Positions 8,850 to 22,199 of a stretch of 64,000 bases of DNA are shown here, piece by piece. The notes below the pieces were generated by a model. That model was not told the DNA's origin. It did not search any database and saw nothing but the letters and a program-made list of their open reading frames with translations. Each line of letters begins with the position of its first letter. Position 1 is the first letter of the stretch. The position numbers and the translations under genes were made by a program. The DNA is from a bacterium (GTDB lineage Bacteria > JAAXHH01). Where the stretch lies: positions 793,102 to 857,101 of the forward strand of contig CBDAUD010000001.1 in the NCBI GenBank assembly GCA_965200485.1. The letters are read 5' to 3'.

Positions 8850-9727
8850 TCATTCGTCGGCGACCGTCTCCTCGCCAGAGGTTGGGCGTAGTTTCCTGTG
8901 CATAAACGGATACGACACGCGCATCTTTACGGGGACACCTTCATGTATTGCCGGTGTCCAGACCATTTTTCGAACCATGTCCAGCATCAGAGAATCCACA
9001 GAAACGCGCCCTGACGCTCTCTCGACGAATGCGGTGTCCACGATGCCGTTGGTACCAACCACGAGTTGAATCACCGTGATGCCATCGAAATTGAGATCGA
9101 CGGCGTCCATAGGGACCGGGGGGTTATAAACGATCTCGGCTTTCGTATCCACCGTAGTGGGCCAGTAAATACCGGCTTTTTGGTCGGCCGCCGAGTCCGG
9201 TCGATCAGTTCTCCGACCGAGGCCTCGCGGCCGGCGTCAATCCAAGCCGGGGTTCGCCGAAACAGCCTGCTGATAGTTGACAGATCTTCATAGAGGGGCT
9301 TGCTGAACAGTTTCGAGAGAAAAACCGCTCTCGTGTCAGACAGGGCAAACAGGGCCTTGTACATGAGATGCTGCAGAAGGTTATTGCGACGGATATCCAC
9401 GATGAAAGCCATTGGTGGTCTTATTGTGCCAATATAGGAGAAATTCTGTTCCGGCCCCACGCCCACATAGACCCCGCGGGAGAGGTCGAGTCTGCGCAGG
9501 ACCGGCAGGGGATGCAAATACCCGGATTCGTTGGAAATGAAATTGTCTGTGTGGAAGTATCCACCAGGCCCGGACATATCCTGAATCATCGCGCCGAATT
9601 CTGTTTCGGTCAGCGAATCCGGTAGGGTGCTGACCTAGGCAGAGGCTGACGGAATCGAAATTAGTACGATTACGAGCAACCCGAATAGCGGCACGGTCTT
9701 TCTGAATATGTCTCCTGAAATAGCCAA
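8850..9727 (-). pseudogene. Disrupted gene for a secreted protein with a C-terminal TonB_C-like domain (one in-frame TAG and one frameshift)
   Basis: Manual translation. TTG at 9727 opens a signal peptide (AISGDIFRKTVPLFGLLVIVLISIPSASA), followed by TAG at 9635-9637. The same frame then continues as ORF 9071..9589 (VSTLPDSLTETEFGAMIQDM...GVGPEQNFSYI...). Near 9190-9240 coding sense switches frame into ORF 8850..9152, whose sequence (ITVIQLVVGTNGIVDTAFVERASGRVSVDSLMLDMVRKMVWTPAIHEGVPV) looks like a TonB C-terminal domain. Confidence 0.55.
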
Positions 9728-9920
9728 GGTATATCTCCATGTCATCTTACTTAAGAGGCCTTTAGCCGACGCCAAGCCAAACAAATCCAGACCGTTAAGG
9801 CACCATCAGGTTTTGAGGGTCGCTCCTATTAAACCGAGTCTGTGAATCATTCGTGCCATTTGTCTACCCTCCCAACATGAAAGAGATGAACTATAACTCA
9901 CACGTAGTTGTACAACTGAT

Positions 9921-10517
9921 TTACCTCCTTTCCAGTAACTGCGTAAGTTCCGAGATAAGTCTCTCCGCTGATTGTAAGTCAGAGTCAATGGGGGACAGGT
10001 GCAGCACATTCCCGGCGCCATCGATCAACACGCTGTAAGGTGAAAACGCCAGATCGAAGGGGGCGTCTACGGCCAGATACACCGGGAATTTGTACTCGTA
10101 TGCATTGAGGATACGGGTTACTTCCTCGGGAGACTTTTCCTGCGCAACACCGATTACCGGGACATCCTCCCCGATCACCGATTCAAACGCAGACATGGCC
10201 GCCAAACATGTCGCGCAATGCCAAGACTGGAAAAACAGCAGGAGTTGCTGCCCCTTACCGAAATCCGGCAGTACCTCAGGCTGACCCGACAGGTCGACCG
10301 TATGGAACTGGGGAACAAAAGGCGCGCCAAATATCTTCTCCGACTTCAGCACGCGGACTTCCACCTGGGCATTGTACATACTCTGCCACAGGTTTTGCAG
10401 TTCCCCTTCCTTCTGGTAGTCCCGCCAGAGCAGCGCGCCGTTCAGCACAAGCAGGAGTGTAATGATGGTGTAGAAGTATAACCGGGTGGGCTTCGGGTGG
10501 GCTGTGGGAGACGCCAT
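9921..10517 (-). CDS. TlpA/ResA-like thiol-disulfide oxidoreductase (membrane-anchored thioredoxin fold)
   Basis: ORF track 213 aa. The likely start is the internal ATG at 10517, preceded by GAGGAGG. It has a TM helix LYFYTIITLLLVLNGALLW and a CxxC motif WHCATC in a redoxin-like context. Confidence 0.75.
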   Translation of the reverse strand: MASPTAHPKPTRLYFYTIITLLLVLNGALLWRDYQKEGELQNLWQSMYNAQVEVRVLKSEKIFGAPFVPQFHTVDLSGQPEVLPDFGKGQQLLLFFQSWHCATCLAAMSAFESVIGEDVPVIGVAQEKSPEEVTRILNAYEYKFPVYLAVDAPFDLAFSPYSVLIDGAGNVLHLSPIDSDLQSAERLISELTQLLERR

Positions 10518-10768
10518 GAAAATCCTCCTCGGTTTGGAAGACCCTGTATGGCAATACAACAAACCCTCTAAAAGGAAGTTCCGATAAAAAAACTAATTCC
10601 TTGGCCAGCGCCGGACCGGCTTTTGGATACATCGCGGTGTAATCCGCCAACCGAACGGCGAAACCTCGACCGCGTTAAGGTATTGCTTGTGTCGCCCCGG
10701 TTTGTATATTCAACGTTGGATTTAATTGGAGCAATAACCAAGGCGCGGCCCCGCCCACGAGGATAGTC

Positions 10769-14038
<3,270 letters not shown>

Positions 14039-14040
14039 CC

Positions 14041-15252
14041 ATGCAACCGGTAGACGGCGACGTTTTGGCGGCGAAGGGATTCCTGGCCAATACGGCGAGC
14101 TGCGGCATCAGCATTCCGCAAGGCAGCCGCAAAGACTTGGTGGTGATCGATGCGGGCAGGATCGCTTCCGCGGCTGGCGTGTTCACCACCAATCGGGTAC
14201 AGGCCGCGCCGGTGATCCTCTCCAAGGATCATCTGCAGACCGGCATGGCACGGGCGATCGTGGCCAACAGCGGCAACGCCAACGCCTGCAACGGCGAGGT
14301 CGGTATGGCGGACGCCCGCGAGATGGCCGCCCTGGTCGCCGGTGGGCTCAACGTGCCAGCGGGCGAGGTCCTCGTGGCTTCCACCGGCGTCATCGGCCGG
14401 ACCCTGCCGATGGACGTGATCCGTGCAGGCATCCGGGAGGCGCTGGATCGCCAAAGGCGCGTGGTGGACCGCGACACAGCCGAGTCGATCATGACGACCG
14501 ACACGGTGCCCAAGAGATGCGCGGTGCGATGCGATCTCGGGGGAAAGTCCGTGGTTGTCGGCGGCGTAGCCAAAGGCGCGGGCATGATCTGTCCGAATAT
14601 GGCCACGATGATCGGACTGGTCACGACGGACGCCGCCATCGCGCCGGGGGCCCTTCAGTCGGCCCTGCGACGGGCGGTTGACAAATCCTTCAACCGCATC
14701 ACGGTCGATGGCGACATGAGCACGAACGACACCGTGTTCGTCCTGGCCAACGGCGCTGCGGAAAATTCGCAGATCGACCAACCCGCCGGGGACGCATACG
14801 AGCGGTTCGCCGAAGCGCTGGAACACGTCTGCACCGATCTGGCCAAAAAGATCGCGCGGGACGGCGAAGGCGCGACGAAACTCGTGGAGATTCTTGTGCG
14901 AGGCGCTCGGTCGGACGAGGACGCCCGTACGATCGGCATGAGCGTGGCCAATTCCGCGCTCGTGAAGACGGCCATCTACGGCCACGATCCCAACTGGGGC
15001 CGGATCCTGTGCGCCGTCGGGTACGCGAACGCCGAATCGGACCCGGACAGCATCGATCTGTTCCTGTGCGGTCAACAGCTGACCCGGGATGGCCGCGGTC
15101 TTCCCCTAGACGAACCGGCCATGCGGGAAGCGCTCTCTGTCGAGCAAGTCTCCGTCGAAATCGACCTCAAACTGGGAGAGGGCACAGCGACGGTCTGGAC
15201 CTGCGACATGTCCCACGAATACATTACCGTGAATGCCGAATACACCACGTGA
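14041..15252 (+). CDS. argJ: Bifunctional glutamate N-acetyltransferase / amino-acid acetyltransferase ArgJ
   Basis: ATG at 14041, 2 nt after the carB stop (the ORF-track frame opens earlier). Self-cleavage motif PNMATMIGLVTTDA, and the C-terminus INAEYTT is typical of ArgJ. Confidence 0.93.
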   Translation: MQPVDGDVLAAKGFLANTASCGISIPQGSRKDLVVIDAGRIASAAGVFTTNRVQAAPVILSKDHLQTGMARAIVANSGNANACNGEVGMADAREMAALVAGGLNVPAGEVLVASTGVIGRTLPMDVIRAGIREALDRQRRVVDRDTAESIMTTDTVPKRCAVRCDLGGKSVVVGGVAKGAGMICPNMATMIGLVTTDAAIAPGALQSALRRAVDKSFNRITVDGDMSTNDTVFVLANGAAENSQIDQPAGDAYERFAEALEHVCTDLAKKIARDGEGATKLVEILVRGARSDEDARTIGMSVANSALVKTAIYGHDPNWGRILCAVGYANAESDPDSIDLFLCGQQLTRDGRGLPLDEPAMREALSVEQVSVEIDLKLGEGTATVWTCDMSHEYITVNAEYTT

Positions 15253-16886
15253 GCACGTACGATAATTTGGAAGATAGCATACAACCTGTGAATCCGCGAT
15301 TTCGGCCCACTTTTTTCCCAGCCGAACCTGCGCTCCTTCGAGCCGGCCCCGCGCTGTGGGTGGCCTTTTCCATCGCAGTATGGATCATGACCCTCCATGG
15401 CATGGTAGCGGCCTTGCCGGCCAACGCCCAGGTGGCGTCGATAGGGATCACGGAAGACGCCGGCCCCGTGCCGGCAGCGGAACTGGCAGATAGACGTGCC
15501 CGGATCCGCGAAGCCATGGGCGGCGGGATCATGATCCTGTTCGGAGCGGAGCCCAAGGTCTTCAGCAACGACGTGAACTATCCCTATCGCCAGGAAAGCA
15601 ACCTCTTCTATCTGACCGGCATTGACCAGCCTGGCGCCACGCTTGTGCTGCTGCCCGACAATCGGAGCCAGCAGGAGATCCTCTTCCTCCCCAAACGCGA
15701 CCCCGCGCGGGAAATCTGGACCGGCCACATGATTGGCGCGGAAGAAGCCCGGCGGATGACCGGGATCGAACAGGTTTGGCCAAATGAAGAGTTCGAAGCC
15801 TTCCTGGAGACCCTGCTCGGGGGAGCCGTCTATGAGAAACGCCCATCAGATGACGAAAGGGACTATCGGGTTGTCGCCGATGCCATCGCGCGCGGAAAGG
15901 CGGTGCAGGTCTGGCTCCTCGCCGACACCGCGTCCAGATATGGCAACCGGTATCCCCGGGCCCTTCGATTCGCCTCGGAAGTCGACCGTTTTCCCGCCGT
16001 CCAGGTGCGGTTGGCGTCCCACCTGTTTCGGGACCTGCGTGTCGTCAAATCGCCCTGGGAACTGAGAAACCTGCAGCGCGCCATAGACATCACCGGCCTG
16101 GCGCAGCGCGCTATCATGCACCGGGCGGCGAGCGTAACCGGCATTTCGAGGCCGTTGAATGAATCCGTGCTGGACGGCCTCATTTTCGCCACCTATCGTC
16201 GTCATGGGGCGCACTGGGGCTTTCCATCTATCGTGGCTTCGGGACCGAACGCCACGACGTTGCATTACGAGGAAAACAACCGGGAGGTTCGGAAGGGTGA
16301 GCTCGTCCTGGCAGATATCGGTGCGGCCGTCGGACACTACACCGCCGACGTCACCCGGACATTCCCGGTCGGCGGGGTCTTTACGAAAACACAACGGGCA
16401 GTGTACGATATCGTCCTTGAAGCCCAGACCCGGGCGATTGGCGCCGTCCGCCCCGGCATGACGATACGCAGGGTGCACGAAGTCGCGCGCAAGGTGATCG
16501 CGGACGGACTGCTGAAACTGGGCTTGATTACGAGTACATCGGGCAATCAGTATCGCATGTGGTTCATGCATGGCACAAGCCACTGGCTTGGACTGGATGT
16601 TCATGACGTCGGCGGAAGGGACCTGCCCTTCAGACCGGGCATGGTGATCACGGTGGAGCCGGGCATCTACGTCCGCGAAGACACGCTGGAGAACCTGAAC
16701 GACACCCCGAGGAACAGGGCGCTGGGCAAGGCGATTCGACCGGCGTTCGAGCGTTTCAAAAACATCGGGATACGCATCGAAGACGATGTACTGGTGACCG
16801 AAGACGGACACCGGGTGCTTTCAGAAGGCACGCCCAAGTCGATCGAAGCCATAGAGGCCTTCATGGCGAAAGCCGCCCGCAGGTAA
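15249..16886 (+). CDS. pepP: Xaa-Pro aminopeptidase (M24B), probably exported
   Basis: In-frame GTG at 15249 overlaps the argJ stop (GTGA). Hydrophobic N-terminus ending ALPANAQ. M24 motifs ADIGAAVGHYTADVTRT, HGTSHWLGLDVHD, VEPGIY and IRIEDDVLVT. The start is uncertain. Confidence 0.85.
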   Translation: MSTYDNLEDSIQPVNPRFRPTFFPAEPALLRAGPALWVAFSIAVWIMTLHGMVAALPANAQVASIGITEDAGPVPAAELADRRARIREAMGGGIMILFGAEPKVFSNDVNYPYRQESNLFYLTGIDQPGATLVLLPDNRSQQEILFLPKRDPAREIWTGHMIGAEEARRMTGIEQVWPNEEFEAFLETLLGGAVYEKRPSDDERDYRVVADAIARGKAVQVWLLADTASRYGNRYPRALRFASEVDRFPAVQVRLASHLFRDLRVVKSPWELRNLQRAIDITGLAQRAIMHRAASVTGISRPLNESVLDGLIFATYRRHGAHWGFPSIVASGPNATTLHYEENNREVRKGELVLADIGAAVGHYTADVTRTFPVGGVFTKTQRAVYDIVLEAQTRAIGAVRPGMTIRRVHEVARKVIADGLLKLGLITSTSGNQYRMWFMHGTSHWLGLDVHDVGGRDLPFRPGMVITVEPGIYVREDTLENLNDTPRNRALGKAIRPAFERFKNIGIRIEDDVLVTEDGHRVLSEGTPKSIEAIEAFMAKAARR

Positions 16887-16938
16887 GACGTATCAGTGAG
16901 GCTGCCAAGGACTTAAGGACGGACTTCCGGGGTTATTT

Positions 16939-18210
16939 ATGACTGCTGACCGTGATGCGCACCACAACGCAGACGGCTTGCTTACGGTAGAGGAGGCGCA
17001 GGAGATCGTACTGGATTCGGTCTCCGTCCTGGGCATTGAACGCGTATCGCTGTCCGACAGCCAAGGCCGCGTACTGGCCGAGGACGTCGCGCCAAAGTTT
17101 GACGTGCCGCCCCATGACAATTCATCCGTAGACGGCTATGCCGTAAGGGCCGCGGACACGGACGGGGCGTCCGCTGATTCGCCGCGGCGCCTCGGAGTCC
17201 TCGAAGAGATACCCGCGGGGGCCGTCCCATCCGCTGTGGTCGGTAGCGGCAAGACTTCGCGCATCATGACCGGCGCCATCCTCCCCAAAGGCGCGGACGC
17301 CGTTGTGATGGTGGAGAACACCAGGCAACGAGAAGAAACGGTGGAGGTCTTCAAGGCGGTCGAGGCCGGACAGAACGTACGCTATCGGGGCGAGGATGTG
17401 AGAAAGGGAAACCGCGTGCTTTTCGGCGGTACGGTAATCGGTCCCGGCGAAATCGGACTGCTTGCGGCCTTTCAGCGATCCCGGGTCTCGGTACGCAGAC
17501 GGCCCGTCGCGGCCATCCTTTCCACCGGAGACGAAGTGGTCGAGATCGACGAAAAGCTTGTCCCGGGGAAGATCGTCAACAGCAACAGCTATTCCCTGAG
17601 CGCACTCGTTCGGGAGTGCAATGGCGTGCCGGTCAACCTGGGCATCGCCAGAGACAGCGAGGCAGATATCGCGGCGGCCATACGGTCGGCGCTGAGCGCG
17701 GACCTGGTCCTTTCCACCGGTGGCGTTTCTGTAGGCGACTACGATTACGTTAAAAAAGTGCTGCAAGATCTCGGCGCCGACATGCGCTTCTGGCGCGTTA
17801 AGATGAAACCGGGAAAGCCCTTGGCGTACGGCCTGCTGCAAGGAAAACCATTCTTCGGGCTACCTGGAAATCCCGTGTCCTGCATGGTTTCCTTTCTGCT
17901 TTTTGCACGCCCCGCGATGCGCAAGATGATGGACTATGGTCCGTACGACTGGCAATTACCTTCGGTGCCGGCCATACTTGAGAACGACCTGGCCGCCGGG
18001 GGAGACCGCAGGCACTACCTCCGCGCCAGGATCACCCGTGCCGGAGGCCGATTTCATGCCACGACCGTTGCGGGTCAGGGGTCGGGAATGCTCAGCTCCA
18101 TGACCGGGACGAACGGGCTCGTCATGGTGGAGACGGGGATTACGTCGGTTTCGTGTGGAACCGAGGTCTCGGTGCTGTTGATGGGTGACGTCGGACATGC
18201 CACGCCGTAG
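16939..18210 (+). CDS. moeA: Molybdopterin molybdenumtransferase MoeA (paralog 1)
   Basis: ORF track 423 aa. SVDGYAVRAADT, GGVSVGDYDYVK, LPGNPVSCMVSF. Confidence 0.9.
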   Translation: MTADRDAHHNADGLLTVEEAQEIVLDSVSVLGIERVSLSDSQGRVLAEDVAPKFDVPPHDNSSVDGYAVRAADTDGASADSPRRLGVLEEIPAGAVPSAVVGSGKTSRIMTGAILPKGADAVVMVENTRQREETVEVFKAVEAGQNVRYRGEDVRKGNRVLFGGTVIGPGEIGLLAAFQRSRVSVRRRPVAAILSTGDEVVEIDEKLVPGKIVNSNSYSLSALVRECNGVPVNLGIARDSEADIAAAIRSALSADLVLSTGGVSVGDYDYVKKVLQDLGADMRFWRVKMKPGKPLAYGLLQGKPFFGLPGNPVSCMVSFLLFARPAMRKMMDYGPYDWQLPSVPAILENDLAAGGDRRHYLRARITRAGGRFHATTVAGQGSGMLSSMTGTNGLVMVETGITSVSCGTEVSVLLMGDVGHATP

Positions 18211-18221
18211 GGAGTACCTCC

Positions 18222-19463
18222 ATGATTTCCGTAATCGAAGCCCGCGACGCCATACTGAATCGGATCCGTCCGATTGGTGTGGAGCGCGTCGATAGCCTGT
18301 CGGCTCAGGGCCGGGTGCTGGCGGAAGCTGTCCACGCCACCAGGAACCAGCCGCCCTGGGACAATTCGGCCATGGACGGTTATGCGGTTCGGGCTGCGGA
18401 CACGGTGCCTGCGTCGTCGGATACTCCAGCGGAACTGGAGATCGTCGAAGACCTGCCGGCCGGTTACGTGGCGAAACGGTCCGTCGGAAAGGGACAGGCG
18501 ATACACATCATGACCGGCGCGCCGGTGCCCGTGGGCGCAGATACCATCGTCCGAGCCGAACGCACGCAGCGGGTTGATGAACACCGTGTTCGCATCCTCC
18601 AGTCCGTGGAAACCGGAACCGATCTCCGCAGGGCCGGCGAAGACATCGCAGAAGGCGATCTCATCATCTCGCCCGGCATGCTGATTCGGCCTGCCGAAGT
18701 CGGTTTGCTGGCCTCCACCAATCGATCCCACGTATTCGTTTACCGCCGGCCACGGGTGGCTGTACTATCAACAGGTGATGAGATCGTGGACGTGGACGAA
18801 CCCCTCGAAGACGGCAAGATCGTGGACAGCAACGGATACGCCCTCGCCGCGCTGGTGGCGGATGCGGGCGGCATACCGCTGCAGCTGGGTATCTGTCCCG
18901 ACAAGCAGGAAGTGCTCGAAGCGAAACTGCACGAGGGACTCGTCGCGGACGCAATTCTGACTTCGGGCGGTGTTTCGGTGGGCGCATACGACCATGTCAA
19001 GGCCGCCCTGGAGGCCGTTGGTACTTCGATGGACTTCTGGAAGGTCTCCATGACACCGGGGCGACCTCTTGCTTTCGGCGCCATCGACGACACCATCGTT
19101 TTCGGGCTTCCAGGGAATCCGGTGGCCTCCATGGTGACCTTCGAGCTCTTCATGCGGCCTGCGCTGCTTAAGATGCAGGGATACACCCACCTCTACCGCC
19201 CTACCATCAAAGCGGTATTGTTGGAGGACATCAGGAAGTCTCTTGGACGAAAACAGTTCATCCGCGTGACCCTTGAGCGGCGCGGCGACACCTTCTTCGC
19301 CTCACGCACCGGCGCGCAGGGTTCCGGGATCCTGAGATCCATGTCCATTGCCGACGGGTTGGCCGTAAGCCATGAAGACCAAGAGTTTATGAAGAAAGGG
19401 CAGGAAATCGAGGTGATGTTGCTCGGGGGTTACAGCGACCTCTCTACCTTCCGTAACTATTGA
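18222..19463 (+). CDS. moeA: Molybdopterin molybdenumtransferase MoeA (paralog 2)
   Basis: ORF track 413 aa. AMDGYAVRAADT, GGVSVGAYDHVK, LPGNPVASMVTF. Starts 11 nt after paralog 1. Confidence 0.9.
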   Translation: MISVIEARDAILNRIRPIGVERVDSLSAQGRVLAEAVHATRNQPPWDNSAMDGYAVRAADTVPASSDTPAELEIVEDLPAGYVAKRSVGKGQAIHIMTGAPVPVGADTIVRAERTQRVDEHRVRILQSVETGTDLRRAGEDIAEGDLIISPGMLIRPAEVGLLASTNRSHVFVYRRPRVAVLSTGDEIVDVDEPLEDGKIVDSNGYALAALVADAGGIPLQLGICPDKQEVLEAKLHEGLVADAILTSGGVSVGAYDHVKAALEAVGTSMDFWKVSMTPGRPLAFGAIDDTIVFGLPGNPVASMVTFELFMRPALLKMQGYTHLYRPTIKAVLLEDIRKSLGRKQFIRVTLERRGDTFFASRTGAQGSGILRSMSIADGLAVSHEDQEFMKKGQEIEVMLLGGYSDLSTFRNY

Positions 19464-19601
19464 TATAACAATACTTTACAACTTAATATCACGAACTTTC
19501 GAGCTGGGTGTTTATTTTATGTAAACATGTTTTTAGACTACGCGGTCGCCCGGAGGGCAATTTGTCCAGATAATAGGCCAAATGATACAAGTTATCGGGG
19601 A

Positions 19602-20249
19602 TCAAAGCTTTCTCAGCACGACCAGTGTAGGCGATTCGGAAACATCCTCGTGGTATCGGTATATGTCCTCCAGTACCATTTTCTCTTCTTCCAGGACCGC
19701 TCTGGCCGATTCAATTTCTTCTTCAGGCTTCGGTCCCTTGTAACAGACCAGCTTACCTCCCGGCTTCAACATTCGCCCGCTCCAAGTGACCAATCGACTG
19801 ACTGATGCCACCGCCCTCGCCACCGCGCCATCGTAGAGCTCGCTCGGCTTCGGAATCGATTCGACGCGGGCGAGCTTCACTGTTACATTGTCAAGCATCA
19901 GTTCGCGCCGCATCTTACTTAGAAACGTACTCTTCCTTCGGTTCGATTCGATCAGCACGAATTGGGTATCTGGCATGAGTATGGCCAGAGGAATCCCGGG
20001 AAGCCCTCCCCCGCTTCCGATATCCAGCATCTTCCCGTCCGCGGGAAGGAGACCCATCAACGCGGGCGTCAGGGCATCCAGAAAGTGTCGCAATGGAATA
20101 CGGTCCAGGTCGTTCCGGGATACGAGTCCGAGCAGCTGGTTTACGCGCCGGATCTCGTTCAGGTATCGGCCGAAAGCCTTGATTTCATCGTCATTCAGCC
20201 GTTGACCGGTCGCCTCGACACCATGCAGAAACCGCGTGAATGAATCCAT
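19602..20249 (-). CDS. rsmG: 16S rRNA (guanine527-N7)-methyltransferase RsmG (GidB)
   Basis: ORF track 215 aa. SAM motif LDIGSGGGLPGIPLAI. The start abuts the mnmG stop. Confidence 0.92.
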   Translation of the reverse strand: MDSFTRFLHGVEATGQRLNDDEIKAFGRYLNEIRRVNQLLGLVSRNDLDRIPLRHFLDALTPALMGLLPADGKMLDIGSGGGLPGIPLAILMPDTQFVLIESNRRKSTFLSKMRRELMLDNVTVKLARVESIPKPSELYDGAVARAVASVSRLVTWSGRMLKPGGKLVCYKGPKPEEEIESARAVLEEEKMVLEDIYRYHEDVSESPTLVVLRKL

Positions 20250-22154
20250 TCATGTTCCAGCTTGTTCCACGTGGAACACCTGGTCTTTACTGCGGAATGT
20301 CGCATTGCTTCGTTCGAGGTGCACAACGAGGATGGACAGATCTGCCGGCGTCACACCGGATATGCGGGATGCCTGGCCCACGGTTTCCGGTCTGATCGTG
20401 TTCAACTTTTCGCGCGCTTCGTGGGAAAGTGCGGTGATGGCGGTGTAATCGAAACCCGCAGGGATGGTACGTGATTCCCAAGAACGCATTCGTTCGATTT
20501 CCCTCTGCTGGCGTTCGAGGTATCCTGCATATTTTATGGCGGTTTGTATCTGGCTGATGACAGAAGGTTCATGATGCATCGGATCCGGATCGATGGCATA
20601 TAGATCCGAATATTGTATTTCAGGTCGGGACAGCAATCTATACAGAGACACTGATTCCGATACAGTGGCCGAAGACTTGGTCTTCAATAGGGAATTTACC
20701 TGCTCCGGGGCTACGTACATCCGCTTTAATCGATCTGTTTCTTCCGCTACCAGCCGGCGCTTGGAGACCGTGGCTTCATGCCTTTCCCTGGAGATCACAC
20801 CGGTTTCGAATGCACGATCCGACAATCGCATATCCGCATTGTCGTGCCTCAGCAGCAATCGGTATTCCGCGCGTGAGGTGAACATCCGATAGGGTTCGTC
20901 CGCACCTTTCGTGATGAGATCGTCTATCATCACCCCGATATACGCTTCGCCCCGGTCAAGAATAAACGCAGGTTCCTTCCGTACCGACAGCGCGGCATTG
21001 ATGCCAGCAAGAATACCCTGTGCGGCCGCTTCTTCGTAGCCTGTGGTGCCATTGATCTGGCCGGCGAGGAACAATCCGCCGACCTGCCGTGTTTCAAGGC
21101 TCCGGGTCAGGTTCTCCGGAGGTATGAAGTCGTACTCCACGGCGTATCCGAACTGCAGAATGATGGCGTCCTCCAGGCCCTTGATCGTATGCAAAGCCTG
21201 GTCCTGCAGGGGCGCCGGCAGGCTGGTCGAGAATCCGTTTACGTAAACCTCGTCGGTGTTCCATCCTTCGGGTTCCAGGATGATCTGATGGCTGTCCCGA
21301 TCGGGGAATCGTACGATCTTGTCTTCTACCGAGGGACAGTACCTGGGACCACGACCCGTAATGCGGCCCGAATACATGGGCGACTGGTCCAGCCCGGAAC
21401 GTATGATCGCGTGCGTCCGGGCATTAGTAAATGTCAGGTAGCACGGGAGCTGTTCATCGGGTGGCGACAATCGCTCATTTGAGAAATGCTCTGGCATATC
21501 ATCACCGGGAATCGCCTCCAATACACTGTAGTCTATCGAACGGCCGTCTATTCTAGGTGGTGTACCGGTCTTCAGTCGACCAATATTGAAACCATTGGCC
21601 CGCAGGGAGCTAGACAGTTCTGTCGCTGCCGGTTCTCCCAGACGTCCGCCGGACGCATTGCTTGTTCCGCGATGCGTGACACCATTCAGAAACGTTCCGG
21701 AAGCCACCACCACGGTCCGACATGGGATGCACCGGCCATCGCGGGTATGGACTGCCGTTACGCGCCGCTTGTCGACGTCCATTCGAGTCACCTCGCCTTC
21801 CAAGACGGTGAGGTTCTCGGCCTCGTCGATAACCCGTTGCATGTATTTCCGGTAGGCGACGCGGTCGTTCTGGGATCGCAAGGACTGAACGGCCGGCCCC
21901 TTGCGCGTGTTAAGCATTTTGACCTGTAGCGCCGTGGCATCCGCGGCCTTGCCCATTTCTCCGCCCAGCGCGTCAACTTCCCTCACCAGCTGGCCTTTTC
22001 CCAGGCCGCCGATCGACGGGTTGCAGGACATCTGCCCGATTTTCGATGCATCAAGGGTGACGAGCGCTGTCCTCACCCCCATCCTCGCCGACGCCAAGGC
22101 GGCTTCGCATCCCGCGTGCCCCCCACCGATCACGAGAACTTCTACCGATTTCAT
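20250..22154 (-). CDS. mnmG: tRNA uridine 5-carboxymethylaminomethyl modification enzyme MnmG (GidA)
   Basis: ORF track 641 aa (TTG at 22175). The ATG at 22154 gives [19 protein letters not shown], the FAD dinucleotide fold. Confidence 0.95.
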   Translation of the reverse strand: MKSVEVLVIGGGHAGCEAALASARMGVRTALVTLDASKIGQMSCNPSIGGLGKGQLVREVDALGGEMGKAADATALQVKMLNTRKGPAVQSLRSQNDRVAYRKYMQRVIDEAENLTVLEGEVTRMDVDKRRVTAVHTRDGRCIPCRTVVVASGTFLNGVTHRGTSNASGGRLGEPAATELSSSLRANGFNIGRLKTGTPPRIDGRSIDYSVLEAIPGDDMPEHFSNERLSPPDEQLPCYLTFTNARTHAIIRSGLDQSPMYSGRITGRGPRYCPSVEDKIVRFPDRDSHQIILEPEGWNTDEVYVNGFSTSLPAPLQDQALHTIKGLEDAIILQFGYAVEYDFIPPENLTRSLETRQVGGLFLAGQINGTTGYEEAAAQGILAGINAALSVRKEPAFILDRGEAYIGVMIDDLITKGADEPYRMFTSRAEYRLLLRHDNADMRLSDRAFETGVISRERHEATVSKRRLVAEETDRLKRMYVAPEQVNSLLKTKSSATVSESVSLYRLLSRPEIQYSDLYAIDPDPMHHEPSVISQIQTAIKYAGYLERQQREIERMRSWESRTIPAGFDYTAITALSHEAREKLNTIRPETVGQASRISGVTPADLSILVVHLERSNATFRSKDQVFHVEQAGT

Positions 22155-22199
22155 CAGATCATTTCCTGCCAACAAAGTGTTTTTGTTTCACGTGGAACA

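Noticed and set aside
19464-19601. AT-rich 138-bp convergent spacer between moeA and rsmG, with a 10-bp palindrome (aaacatgttt); considered as a tRNA, small RNA or terminator
   Set aside because: There are no tRNA-like T-arm or acceptor features, and no GC-rich stem followed by a U-run on either strand. It is probably just a low-GC convergent intergenic region.
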